DNA of 64,000 bases from Hemiscyllium ocellatum (GCF_020745735.1 NC_083404.1:119907731-119971730), one strand, 5' to 3'. Positions 39,772 to 51,513 are shown, numbered from the stretch's first letter. Made by a program: numbers and translations. The notes: generated by a model from the sequence alone, not told the origin.

Positions 39772-41060
39772 AGTCATAGAGATATAGAGATCATAGAGTC
39801 ATAGAGATGTACAGCACGGAAACAGACCCATCAGTCCAACTTGTTTATGGCGACCCAATATACCAACCTAATCTAGTCCCATTTGCCAGCACTTGGCCCA
39901 TATCCCTCTAAGTCCTTCCTGTTCATACACCTATCCAAATGTCTCTTAAATGTTGTAATTGTACCAGCCTCCACCACTTCCTCTGGTAGTTCATTCTGTA
40001 TGCTCACCACCCTCTGCAGTAAAAAGTTGCCAATTAGGTCTCTTTTATATCTCTTCCCCTCTCACCCTAGACCTATGCCCTCTTGTTCTGGACTCCCCCA
40101 ACCAAGGAAAAAGACTTTGTCTATTATCCTATCCATGCCCCTCATGATTTTATATACCTCTATAAGGTCACCCTTCAACCTCCGATGCTCAGGGAAAACA
40201 ACCCTAGCCTATTCAATCTCTCTCGAGAGCTCAAATCCTCCAACCCTAGCAACATCCTTGTAAATCCTTGCTGAACCATTTCAAGTTTCACAACATCCTT
40301 CTGATAGGAAAGAGACCAGAATTGCTCGCAGTATTCTAAAATTGGCCTAACCAATGTCCTGTGCAGCTGCAGCATGACCACTCAACTCCTGTACTCAATA
40401 CTCTGACCAATAAAGGAAAGCATACCAAATGCCTTCTTCACTATCCTATCTATCTGCAACTCCACTTTCAAGGAGTTATGAACATGCACTCCAAGGTCTC
40501 TTTGTTCAGCAACACTCCCTAGGACCTTACCATTAAGTGTATAAGTCCTGCTAAGACTTACTTTCCCAAAAAGCAGCAATTCACATTTATCTAAATTAAA
40601 CTCCATCTGCCACTTCTCAGCCCATTGGCCCATCTGAACAAGATCCCATTGCAATCTGAGGTTCACTGTCCACTACAATTCCAATTTTGGTGTCATCTAC
40701 AAACATATTAATTATACCTCTTATTTTCATATCCAAATCATTTATATAAATGAATCTCTCCTTTCTCACCCTAAATCTATGCCCTCTAGTTCTGGACTCC
40801 CCCAGCACAGGAAAAGTCTTTATCTATTCACCATATCATTGCCCCTCATGATTTTATAAACCTCTATAAGATTACCCCTCAGCCTCAGACATTCCAGGGA
40901 AAACAGCCCCAGCCTCTTCAGTCTCTCCCATAGCTCAAACACTCTAACCCTTGCAATATCCTTGTCAATCTTTTCTGAGCGCTTTCAAGTCTCACAACAT
41001 CCTTCCTATAGGAGAAATACCAGAATGGCATGCGGTATTCCAAAGGTGGCCTGAACAGCA
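39772..41060 (-). mobile_element. CR1 LINE 3' region followed by a second, overlapping CR1 3' segment (tandem chimera, junction ~40755)
   Basis: FVDDTKIG, WQMEFNLDKC, LVRPILEYC and a (catagaga)n tail. 40765-41050 repeats 40062-40350 with divergence. Confidence 0.9.
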
Positions 41061-41151
41061 ATTATATCATCAAGCAATATCAAAGTCAAACAGACTAAAA
41101 TGATCTCATAGGCAGGAAAGCCACAAGTGGAATGCATTGAACATCTTTCAT

Positions 41152-41461
41152 GGCGGCACGGTGGCACAGTGGTTAGCACTGCTGCCTCACAGCGCCTGAG
41201 ACCCGGGTTCAATTCCCGACTCAGGCGACTGACTGTGTGGAGTTTGCACGTTCTCCCCGTGTCTGCGTGGGTTTCCTCCGGGAGCTCCGGTTTCCTCCCA
41301 CAGTCCAAAGATGTGCGGGTCAGGTGAATTGGCCATGCTAAATTGCCCGTAGTGGTAGGTAAGGGGTAAATGTAGGGGCATGGGTGGGTTGCGCTTCGGC
41401 GGGTCGGTGTGGACTTGTTGGGCCGAAGGGCCTGTTTCCACACTGTAAGTAATCTAATCTA
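41152..41461 (+). mobile_element. Young full-length V-SINE (HE1-like)
   Basis: A box TGGCACAGTGG (41162-41172), B box GGTTCAATTCC (41206-41216), V-domain gggtttcctccgggagctccggtttcctcccacagtccaaaga, (AATCT)n tail and intact CpGs. TSD atctttcat / atctttaat. Confidence 0.95.
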
Positions 41462-42534
41462 ATCTTTAATAGAGTTTAATAGTTGATAGATGATCATACG
41501 GTTGGACTTCAGTTGTCCACAGATTTGCAACTGAATACTCTGGTGGAATTGCTTCAAATTCTGCCCTGGCAGTTAGTGGAATTTCAACAGATTTAATGAA
41601 TCAGGAAATTAAAGGTAGTCTCAGTAGCGTTACCTTCAGCAGTAATTATAAATTTTATATGCTGTTAAAAGCCCAGTTACATCTCACTCAACAGTTTGTA
41701 AAAAGATTGTACAAAGATTGTAAAAGTGCCTAGTCAGTTCTCTGATTTCTAACATAGGGAGTGTGTAGGTCAATGACAACAAAATTTGCATGTATATATT
41801 TTGTATTTGTTTGATTGTACAGGTATGAACGCCAATATTTGCTGACAGCTTGAGAGGAATAATGATCTCAAAAGCTGACAACTTTTGAAATCAGGAATGT
41901 GAAAAATGCGTGTCTATGAGCATCTTCACAAGCAAGATTCACTTTTGTAACAATTCTGATAAGCTGCTCACGTATCTACTGGATGAAGTATCTGCCTATC
42001 AGTGAACAACAATGAAAGCTATCAATGCAATGAAAATTTGTGTCCGCCTGAGTCTTCCTAAACACAGCCAAAAAAGGGAAAGCTTGAGTTTTGGGGTTTT
42101 TATTTAGTTTTTATTACAGTATAATTATCACTTTGATGTACATTAGAATGTCATTGTTAAGGCGATCAATGGTTCTGGGCAGAAGGAAGGAGAAAGGATT
42201 TCTGAAATATATCAGCAATGATTGAACAATCTCGATGGATTGCATGGCCTAATTCTGCATCTAAATCTTTTGATCGTATGGTCTACTTTGCAGTTTTGTG
42301 TTTATCCACTCAAATACAGATCGGTTTGCAAACATTTTCTGATCACCCTGTTCAGAGACTTTATCATGCACCCTTGGAGCATTTGGTACTTGACCCCGAG
42401 CCACCTGGCTCAGAGATAGTGACACTACCACTTAGAATGCAGTGAATGATATTTAGATACGAGTCGAGCAAATCAAGCAATTAATTACTGGCCTTATATT
42501 TTCAATTATCATTCTAAACATTCAATCCTGACAC

Positions 42535-42816
42535 TGGATTGGCTCAATGGTTAACACTCCTGCCTCACAGAGCCAGGGACCTGAGTTTGTTACCCCCCCT
42601 GTGTGGGGTTCGTACATTCTTCCTGTATGTATGGGTTTCTGGTTTCTTCCCATCATCCAAAGATGTTCAGTTTAGATGGATTGGTCATGCTAAATTGTCC
42701 ATAGTATACAGGCTAGATGGATTAAACAGGTAAAATACACATAAGATGGGGGTGGGGCTGGATGGCAATCAATGGGCTGAATGGCCTGCTTCCTCACTGT
42801 AGGGATTCTAAGATTC
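42535..42816 (+). mobile_element. Older V-SINE copy
   Basis: tggctcaatggttaacact..gcctcacag..tccaaagatg..gggctgaatggcctg..gggattcta. Confidence 0.8.
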
Positions 42817-43794
42817 AAAAGAATTTATGCTTACAAAGTAGATGTTTTTCTTGTTCGTTTTTGTCTTGAGGTGCAGAACATCAGCATGAAGTTTATTGTC
42901 AAAATGTAAGTAAGGTTTTTGCCCAGCTTTGTGCAACTGGGAAGAAATCAGATAATAGGACAGTCTTGTGTATCAACTGCCAAGAAGAGGTGCTGTGCTG
43001 TTTGCATTCAGATGTTCTATATAAATATATTTTGTTTTATAACGATGCTGGTCAATTATTACTTCTGCAAACGATAACCTGTTGCACTTCCTGTTGATTC
43101 TTGTGAATCTAATTTGGACAAAAAAATTACTGTTTACGAATAGTCTGGTGAAAGCATTGTCACTAATTGAGATGATTGATTAGAGAAGTCCTGTTGAGAT
43201 CCTGTGGTGAAAATCATCATGATAGCCCGGGAGTTATAAGAAGAAATGCCAATTGTTGACGCAACATGAAAACAAGACCGCAGTTTGCTTTTGTTGGACC
43301 ATAAGCATATATGCAATATTGACTCAACATTAGTACCCCTTAATTAGAAAAAGAAAGTAATTCCACATCAACAGAAATTGCTGGAAAAACTCAGCAGGAC
43401 TGGCAACATCTGTGAGGAAAAAGGTAACTTAATGTTTTGAATCTAGTGACCCTTTTTCAGAACTGATTGTTGCTAAGCAAGGGCTAGAATATATGCTGAA
43501 TATGGGGTGGTGAGGAGGGAGGAATAAATGATAGGTGGAGAAAGAGACAGAGAGAGAGAGAGAGAAAGAGAGAGAAAAGGAGAGAGAACAACAGTTGAAC
43601 AGAGAGAGGAATGGGTAAAGGTCAGCCTGAGAGAGGCAATAGCTGCTAATGGAGACCATTAATAGCTGACAATGGGTTGGTTGTGGTCCCAGTCTATGTG
43701 ATGACAAGGTCTGGGGTGTGGGTTTGAGGTAAGGGAGAAGCTTCTCAAATCCTAAAACACTGAACATATTAACAAATCTGGAAGGCTGCGGTGT

Positions 43795-43920
43795 CATAGA
43801 ATATAGAACACAGAACATTACAGCACAGTATAGGCTCTTCGGCCCTCGATGTTGTGCCAATCTGAAGCCCCTCTAACCTTCCATTCTTGTCCATATGCCT
43901 ATCCAATGACCATTTAGTTT
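43795..43920 (-). mobile_element. CR1 3' tail inserted in the PLE
   Basis: catagaatatagaacacagaacattacagcacag..ggccctcgatgttg is the reverse complement of the 61790-61850 tail. Confidence 0.8.
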
Positions 43921-44215
43921 TATGTCCCGAATATCCCCAAGTGTAAAATGAGATGCTGATTTTCCAGTTTGTGCTGAGCTTTGCTGGAGCACTGCAGAAA
44001 GCCCAAGGTTGGCCAGAGAATACAGTGGTGTGATGAAGTAGCAGGCAACAGGAAACTTAGGATCATTTTTACAGATAGACTGTCAGTGTTCTGCAAAGCT
44101 GTCACCGAGTCTGCATTTCTCTTCCCAGTGTGGAGGAGAGCACATTGTGAGAGGTGATTACAGTAGATCAGATTGAGTGAAGTCCAGGTAAATCGCTGCT
44201 TCACCTGGAAGGTCA

Positions 44216-44826
44216 TGTTATGGACTAGGCCAGACCCCCTCAAAAATATTTCAAGAAAGTAGCCCATAGTCTAACTTTGCTAATTGTTTTCAGCAGGTGT
44301 AGAGTGGATATTCCAGATGTGATGCAGCTCGTCAAACCATTTAGTTTTCAATAAAACAGAACTTATTTACAAGACTACCAAATGAAACACAAATAAAAGA
44401 GAACAGAATGTAGAATGGTTTAAGCTATCTGAAAACCAACAGATTATCTCCTCTTAATGATGCTGTTTCAAATATTTGCAACAATCCCCATAAACACCCC
44501 TTTGCAAAAAACAGAAAATGCCAACAAGAGAGATGGCAGAGAGAGGAAGGATCAGCATGGATCTGCTTCTTTGGGTACAGCAGCTTCACAACTGACTGCT
44601 TGCTAACCAACCAAATCAGAGAAAACTGAGTTGGGAAAACTGGCCACTCCCCTTTCATTGTATATGTTTTTTTCACTTGAAAGTGTTCTGCCTCAGGCAG
44701 TATCTGTTAGCTGTAATCAAATTGGTCCTAAAACCCTTCATCCTAGATCTCCCAGAGTCTCTGTGTTTACGATCACTCTGAAAAAAAAGGGCAACATAAT
44801 CTTGTTAAAGGAGCATCATCATCACA
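44216..44826. mobile_element. Solo LTR-like insertion splitting the PLE
   Basis: TGTTA..TCACA termini, with PLE sequence resuming on both sides. TSD not clear. Confidence 0.6.
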
Positions 44827-46431
44827 GTGGATCCGGGGCCTTGGATACTGCAGATGGAGGAAGTAAATGGGCAGGTGTTACACTTTCTGTCAATACATGG
44901 GAAGGTATGATGGGGAAGGAGAAACTCAAGAATGGAATGCAGTTTTTACAGGAAACAGGGCATGAGAATATATAGTCGGAGTATCTGTGGTAGTGGATTT
45001 GTTTGTAGTGGATATCGGTGTCAGTCTATTCCCAGAAATGGAAGCAGATGTCAAGGAAGGGAATGGGAGAGTCCGAGATGGAGCAGAAAAGGTGAGAGCA
45101 GGGTGGAAATTGGAAGTGAACTTGCTAAACCTTTCCAATTCCAGCCAAGAGAGAGAAGCAGTACTTATGGTGACATCAATGTACCGGAGAAAAAGTTGTA
45201 GCTGGGGGCTCAAGTTGGACTGGAACAAGGAATGTTCCACATACCCCCACAAATTAAGACAGAGATAGACAGGTTCTTGATATGTAACCAGACCAACGGG
45301 AGAGAAAGCACGAGAATGAGGGTAAAAAACATGTCAGCAATGATTGTATGATGGAGCAGACTCACTGGGCTGATTGGCCTAATTCTGCTCCTTCATATTA
45401 TGGTCGAAGGAATATACTCAACATTTAATCAATGTATTCAAACTTACCTATCTGATGGGAATCAAGCTATAAAAATAATGACCAAGATCCTGTTCTCTAA
45501 AAGACCTACTATTTCTGACAAATAAATTCTCAGTAAAGAAGTATGAACTGTTAATACATAGCTCTTCTAGTTAAAATATAAACCCTTTTAAAACACCTGT
45601 ACATATTTAGACTGATACAAACCAAAATTGCTGACGCATATGTAGAGGAAAAAACTGGGAAACATCATTACTCTAGTCCACAAACTTCCTTATGATGTTC
45701 CTATTGCTTCCCACAATCTTTTGTTCATTAATTCCTTTTCTCCAAGAAAAGGGTGCCTGATACACTCATTGCAAAGTCTCTTCGTTACTGTTTAAAGGCA
45801 ACAGCTTTCAACTGGTGAGAGAAGAAAAATGGCTTCCTTCAGACTTCGGGTGGTCTTACTGCATAGAGACTAAAGCTCAGAATCTGGACTTAATGGGGTG
45901 CACCCTAAGATATAAAGCAGCTACAGAGATCATGGATGCACTGGTAATCTTCCAAGTATATGCAGTATAACAGTAAGGTTAAAGGATTGGCAATCTGATA
46001 GAAGACAGAAAGTTCAGATAAGGAGGACATTTTCTGGATGGCAACCTGTAATTAGTGGAAAGCCACAAGGTTTAGTGCTGAGACCACAAAAACTTGCAAT
46101 ATTTATTATTGGTTTGAATCAGGAAAGTGGATGTATTATAATCAAGTTTGTGGAAGTTACAAAAATAGGAGGGAAGGCAAGTGGTGAGGATGACATAAAG
46201 AGCCTGTAGAGAGGTATAGACAAGTTTAGCAAAAAACTTAGCAAATTGAAGATAATGTGTGTAAATATGAGCTTATGCTCTTTGGCTGCAAGAGTCAAGG
46301 ATTTTAGTGTTATTCGAATGGAGGAAGATTGTAGAAAGCTACAGAACAGAGGTGTTTGGGAGTCCTTGTCTATGAATTGCAAAAGTTCACTTCTAAGTTC
46401 AGCGGGTAACAGGGAAGGCAAATTGAATTGA

Positions 46432-46637
46432 AACGAAAAGAACTGCAGATGCTATGAATCAGAAACGAAAACAGAAATTGCTGGAAAAGGTCAGCAGGTC
46501 TGGCAGCATCTGAGGAAAGAATCAGAGTTCACATCAGAATTGAAGAAGGGTAATTTGACCCAAAACATTAACTCTGATTTCTCTCCATAGGTGCTGCCAG
46601 ACCTGCTGAGCTTTTCTAGCAATTTCTGTTTTTGTTT
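46432..46637. mobile_element. Palindromic PLE family D mini-element
   Basis: aaaacagaaattgctggaaaaggtcagcaggtctggcagcatc is inverted against gtgctgccagacctgctgagcttttctagcaatttctgtttt. Centre ttgaagaagggtaatttgacccaaaacatt. Confidence 0.8.
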
Positions 46638-46731
46638 AAGCCAAATGGAATGTTGGCCTTTATTGAAAAGAAAATGAAGTATATAAGGAGGGAGGTTTTG
46701 TTAATACTATACAAGGTTTTAGTTAGGTCAT

Positions 46732-46919
46732 GAAAAGTCCCAGCAGGTCAGGCAGCATCTGAGGACCTGGAGAATTGACATTTCGGGGAATTCCTGATAA
46801 AGGACCAATGCTCGAAAGATCAATTCTCCTGCTCCTCAGATGCTGCCTGGCCTAATGTGCTTTTCCAGTACCACACACTCGACTCTGATCTCCAGCATCT
46901 GCAGTTCTCACTTTCTACT
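46732..46919. mobile_element. Palindromic PLE family A mini-element
   Basis: Inverted arms around ttgacatttcggggaattcctgataaagg. TSD tagttaggtcat (46720-46731) / tagttaggtaat (46919-46930). Confidence 0.85.
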
Positions 46920-47109
46920 AGTTAGGTAATAGCTGGAATAATGTGAACAGCTTTGGGCCCCTTATTAGAAGAAAAGTACACAGATATTTGAGGTATTCCA
47001 GAGAAAGTTCACTGGGTAGGTCCGAGGTATGGCTGGTCTGCCTTAAGAGGAGTGATTGAGTAGGTTGGACCTGTTTCTTCTTGGAATATCAAAGAATGAA
47101 GGGTGACCA

Positions 47110-47417
47110 TGTGGAAACAGACCCTTCTGCCCAACAAGTCCACACCTGCCCTCCAAAGAGCAATACACCCAGACCCATTCCCCTACATTTAACCCTGACT
47201 AATGCACCTAACACTACGGGCAATTTAGCATGGTCAATTCACCTAACCTGCACATCTTTGGACTGTGGGAGGAAACTGGAGCACCTGGAGGAAACCCATG
47301 CAGACACAGGGAGAATGTGCAAACTCCACGCAGACAGTTTCCCCGAGGCGGGAATTGAACCTGGGTCCCTGGTGCTGTGAGGCAACAGTGCTAACCACTG
47401 AGCCACCATGCCGTCCC
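47110..47417 (-). mobile_element. V-SINE (HE1-like)
   Basis: tgtggaaacagaccc..gactgtgggaggaaactggagcacctggaggaaaccc..ggaattgaacc..gtgctaaccactgagccacc. Confidence 0.9.
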
Positions 47418-48869
47418 TTGGGGACTTGACAGGATAGGTGCAGAAAGTTTGTTTTCCCTTGTGGGAGAGTCAAGGACGAGAAGGCATAATCTCAGAGTAA
47501 GGGGTCACACATTTAAGACGGAGATGAGGAGGAATTTCTTTACTCAGAAAATAGAAAATATTTGGAATGTTTTACCGCAGAGGGCTGTTGAGATTAAGTC
47601 AATTCAAAGCTGAGAATTTTAATAATTGAGGGGAATAGAAAAAAGATGGGAAAGTGAAGTTAAGTATTAACAAATCAGCCATGATCCCATCGACTGACTA
47701 AATGGCCTAATTCTGCTCCTACGTCTTATAAGATACCTTACCAGGTATTAAAGTCTGCTGAAGAAAGTAAATGAAGACACTGATATAAAACACTGCACAG
47801 TGCAGCACCAAAAAGGTTGCATATCTTGAACAGCAACCTTAGCAATTTTACCAAGAAATATTTCTTAACTGAAGTGGGTAATAAACATTTGGAACAGGCT
47901 GACATGAAGAGTAGTTGAGGCCAGGGCACTTGTTCAAGAAACAAATAGATGCTGTAATGCGAAGATGGAAATGCTGACATTTTAGACAGATGAGAAAAAA
48001 ATGTTTTCTTCATCTAAATCTATCTTGTGAATGAAGAGAAAACATTGTCCCTGTGCCACAAAATGCAATCAGTTACACTGAGATCTCTGTCACTGTGAAA
48101 GTCATGGCAAACATATAGAATGCAAAAACACATTGCAAATTATTTTGTCTTTTCTATTTATGGCAATATTTCAATAATTCCGCCTTCGTCTTATTACAAT
48201 CCCTCTTACCCCTTCCCTACACGCCATACTCAAATGTGAAGCACTTTTGTTTAGGTAAATGTCCTTTCTTTGTCAACCACTACCGATGACGTTCCTTCAC
48301 TTGTATTATTTCATATCCATACACCTTCGAAATCCAAATTTTCATAAAACTTAAAAACAAATTGCAATTACAAGGAGAGGTCAATGTGTCTCAAAGTCTC
48401 CAGACAACATTAGCTTGGGAATGACAATTTAGAACTGCTGAGTGAACACTTAACATGTTTGCGTCAAATTCCTTGCTCCACCATTTTAATAGGGTTTAAC
48501 TCATTCATCTTAAGTAGGTCAATGCTGCCACTAAAATAGCAAAAATAAGAAATTGACACAACCATGCTCAGTGCTCGTATAATTTGACAATCACAAACAC
48601 TTCACATGAAATACAGATCTGCAAAATAACAGCTGAGCTATTGTCAAGTAAATAAGTTCTTTCTTAAAAAGGTACTTAACTAAAAGTGAAGCCAGGCATT
48701 AAAGGAGGGGTTATTATCAAACCAGAGGAATGGTTCAGCCTAGCAATGCCTCTCCAAAAATATTCTGATTGTGATGGATTCTTTACATATTAGTCATATT
48801 TTCATTGATAAATTTACACAGTGGTTACATTGCTTGGGATAGTGTCTTCTGATTGGTCAGTGGTCATGG

Positions 48870-49185
48870 TCAGGAGGGTATGACTATGAATGAGGCAGGT
48901 GAGAGGACCCAGCACCATGGGAAATGTCAGCCTCAGCAATAGACTTGAACTTCTGTCAGACTGCTCAAATGAAAGCAAGGTTGCAGGTTATTTGAGCAAA
49001 CCATAGCACAGGAAGTGATTCAAGTTTTGGGAGCATCAAGAAATGTAGCAGCAGTGAGCAGGGTTAAAGTCATTCTTTGAGCAATGACCTAGAATCCATT
49101 GCCAAGGTCAGGATCTGATCAGGGCTGGAAAGGAACTTGCAGGGGGTGGGGCGGGAGATCCAGTGGTCATAGTCCATTTAGGTGC
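48870..49185 (+). mobile_element. CR1 ORF1 (esterase) remnant
   Basis: LSNRLELL and LERNLQG..DPVVIVHLG remnants. Confidence 0.55.
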
Positions 49186-49805
49186 TTGTGGCTGTGAATG
49201 TTACTTGCCACTTGTCAACTCAAGCTGAGATATTGTTCAGGTCTGTTGCATTTGGACATGGACTGTTCCACTATTTGTAGAATTGTGAATGCCGCTGAAC
49301 ATTGTGCTATCGTCAATGAACATCTCCACTTCTGAATTTTGAGAGAGGCAAAGTCATTGATAAGTCTGTTGAAGATGTTTGGGCTTAGGACACTATTACA
49401 GTAATTGCAATGAGGTCAGCCAAGTGGACAACATGGAATATGAGTTCCCTGATTGGGGCTGTTAATCTGGTCCAATCAGGAAGCCCTAGCTGACAGATAT
49501 AAACAGGAGTGTCAGAGGTTCTGTTCACTCTGAGAGCTGGTTCTAAGGGAGCTGAATCAGTGTCAAGGATTCTCCACCTGTAAATAAAGGGGTGACTTGG
49601 TGACAGGATATCAGTCTCCATGGAGTTAATTCAACTACCCTGATGAACTCTTGCAGAGATTCCTTAGCTGAGATGACTGATCTCCAACAGCCATAACCAA
49701 ATTCCTTTGTGCTAGGTGTAACAACAAGGGAGAGATTGCCCCAGATTCCTACTGATTCTAGGTTTATTGGGGCTCTTGATACCATACTTCATCAAATGTA
49801 ATCTT
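49185..49805 (-). mobile_element. LINE family 2 RT fragment split by a solo LTR
   Basis: Homologous to 1-230 and 421-490; the insertion falls within the VPQGSVL-coding motif. Confidence 0.8.
49397..49633 (+). mobile_element. Short solo LTR (237 bp)
   Basis: TSD ACTAT (49392-49396) / ACTAC (49634-49638). CCAAT, TATAAA and AATAAA occur in order, and it ends in CA. Homologous to 3482-3910. Confidence 0.8.
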
Positions 49806-50498
49806 GTTTTTCAGAAAGCTAATTGGAATTTTGGAAAAATTGTGATCAAGAGCCCCCTCAGGAGACTGTTCAGAAATATTAAAGCTGTAGCATAGGAAGT
49901 ATTGTACAAGCATTGATTAACAATTATACTTTCTCCATGCTAATGGTGTAGCTTTGTGAAACTGCATGGTCTCAGCTTCTCTTAATGAGCTCCCATTCTT
50001 AGATGTGCTACTTATGAGGACCAGTAGAAATTGTTTTCTTAAGAGAGGGCAAGAAATTTACAGGGAAAAAATTATCATCCAGTGTTCTCATAAACAGTCT
50101 CATTGCTAGTTTAAGACCAGAACAGCCTGAGTAGGAGGACATATCCATATTTTCCATGTAGGAAGGAATTAGAAAGGGAAGGAATAGATGAAGTTCAGAG
50201 CACAATCAGATAGGGAAAAAAAAGAATTAATATTGCCAGCAAGTGTATATAAATATGACTCAACAGAGTGAAGTAAGTTAATAAACATCCAACATTATAT
50301 TAAATGCAAAACAAATATTATTGTATCTCTGTTACATTCCATTAATCAATATGTGAGTGAGATAATGTTCCATGAATTTTAATTAATTTACATGATTTGT
50401 GTCAGATATGATTTGGAGATGCCAGTGTTGGACTGGGGTGTACAAAGTTAAAAATCACACAACACCAGGTTATAGTCCAACAGGTTTAATTGGAAGCA

Positions 50499-50533
50499 CA
50501 CTAGCTTTCGGAGCGACGCTCCTTCATCAGGTG
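50499..50533 (-). ncRNA. Minimal hammerhead ribozyme motif
   Basis: Minus strand CAC-CUGAUGA-A-GGAGC-GUC-GCUCC-GAAA-GC-UA-GUG, with stem I CAC/GUG and stem II GGAGC/GCUCC. Confidence 0.7.
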
Positions 50534-50538
50534 ACAAT

Positions 50539-50573
50539 CACCTGATGAAGGAGCATCGCTCCGAAAGCTAGTG
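50539..50573 (+). ncRNA. Minimal hammerhead ribozyme motif
   Basis: CAC-CUGAUGA(50542-50548)-A-GGAGC-AUC-GCUCC-GAAA(50563-50566)-GC-UA-GUG. Palindromic AGCU stands in for stem III. Predicted cleavage after 50570. Confidence 0.7.
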
Positions 50574-50644
50574 TGCTTCCAATTAAACCTGTTGGACTAT
50601 AACCTGGTGTTGTGTGATTTTTAACTTTTCTCATATAGAGCAGG

Positions 50645-50985
50645 CAAGCGATGGCCTAGTGGTACTATTGCTACACAAATAATTCCAAAATTCAGATAAT
50701 GTTCCGGGTAACTGTGTTCAAATCTTGCCGTGGGAGATGATAGAATTTAAATTCAATTGGGAGAAAAATATCTGCAATTAATGATGACCATTACTGACCT
50801 GATTCAGGGAAGGTAATATGCCATCTCACCTGGTCTGCCCAACATATGACTCCAGGTCCATAGCAATGTAGCTGACTCTGAAGTGTCCTCTGAAGTGGCC
50901 AACCAAGCCACTTAGTTCAATGGCGACCAGGGATGGACAATAAATGCACACAGCCAGTGATACCCACATCTTGTGACTGAATGTG
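50645..50985 (+). mobile_element. tRNA-derived SINE-B
   Basis: A box tggcctagtgg, B-box-like gttcaaatc, and 3' tail agggatggacaataaatgc..cccacatc shared with LINE family 2. Confidence 0.75.
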
Positions 50986-51164
50986 AAAAGCATATCATCA
51001 TGTTACCTTCTTCTTTCTTTGCCTGGTATAATAGCCCCTCATCTCTGTTGGTAGAAAAAGACTGAGAAAAATTACCTGTCCCAGGCTATTCCTTCTGAGA
51101 TCCATAAATAAGCTGAGAAATTGTTTTTTCCCCCTCTCCCTTATCTATTCATTGAATCCCTTTA

Positions 51165-51310
51165 GTGTGGAACCATGCTGGTTGGCCCATTGAGTCCATA
51201 TCAACTCTTTGAAAGGCATCTCATCCAGATCTATCCTATTGCTGTAACCCTGCATTTCCTATCACTAATCCACATAACCTACATCTTTAGACTGTGGTAG
51301 GAAACCATAA
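51165..51310 (-). mobile_element. Partial V-SINE
   Basis: gtgtggaacc..taaccctgcatttcc..acatctttagactgtggtaggaaacc. Confidence 0.65.
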
Positions 51311-51414
51311 TACCCCTAATATACATTAATATCGATCTAATGTTTTATCCCCTTTGTAGCTTGGTACTGATCAATTTATTTGTAAAATGTATTAGTTGAC
51401 CCATGATAATGACA

Positions 51415-51513
51415 TAAGCCCTTCCTGATGAAGGGCTTATGCCTGAAACATTGATTCCCCTGCTCCTTGGATGCTGTCTGACCTGCTGTGCTTTTCAAGG
51501 ACCACACACACGA
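51415..51513 (+). mobile_element. PLE family A mini-insertion with a short fold-back at the hammerhead
   Basis: cataagcccttc | ctgatgaagggcttatgcctgaaacattga. Perfect 14-bp TSD ccatgataatgaca at 51401-51414 / 51514-51527. Confidence 0.85.

Larger units (their letters stand above)
43365..45250 (-). mobile_element. Penelope-like element (family D) with RT and GIY-YIG relics, interrupted by a solo LTR and a CR1 tail
   Basis: GYVEHSLFQ..QLFLRYIDV..FTSNFHPALTF (PLE RT) at 44926-45252. TFQVKQRFTWTSLNLIYC..CALLHTG..KLENQHLILHLG (GIY-YIG) at 43920-44215. Terminal repeat at 43365-43465 and (GA)n at 43541-43587. Confidence 0.9.
45935..47730 (+). mobile_element. Decayed CR1 ORF2/3' end hosting three nested insertions
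   Basis: PVISGKPQGLVLRP, IKFVEVTKIGG and FKTEMRRNFFTQ remnants, with tail aatggcctaattctgctcct. Confidence 0.8.
50408..50628. mobile_element. Young palindromic PLE family C mini-element
   Basis: 91-bp inverted arms 50444-50534 and 50538-50628 with one mismatch and a 3-nt loop. Family membership as PLE is inferred from the hammerhead and fold-back structure; no coding part is present. Confidence 0.85.

Noticed and set aside
41152-41225. tRNA gene
   Set aside because: tRNA-derived SINE head running into a V-domain and LINE tail, with no complete cloverleaf or Pol III terminator.
41006-41443. 145-aa ORF and similar ORFs at 34110, 47081 and 4504
   Set aside because: These are translations of V-SINE sequence; such peptides often appear as spurious predicted proteins.
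50408-50628. MITE/DNA transposon interpretation of the palindromes
   Set aside because: Arms are unequal in length, centres differ between copies, TSD lengths vary, and in families A and D the arm sequence is attached to PLE coding relics.
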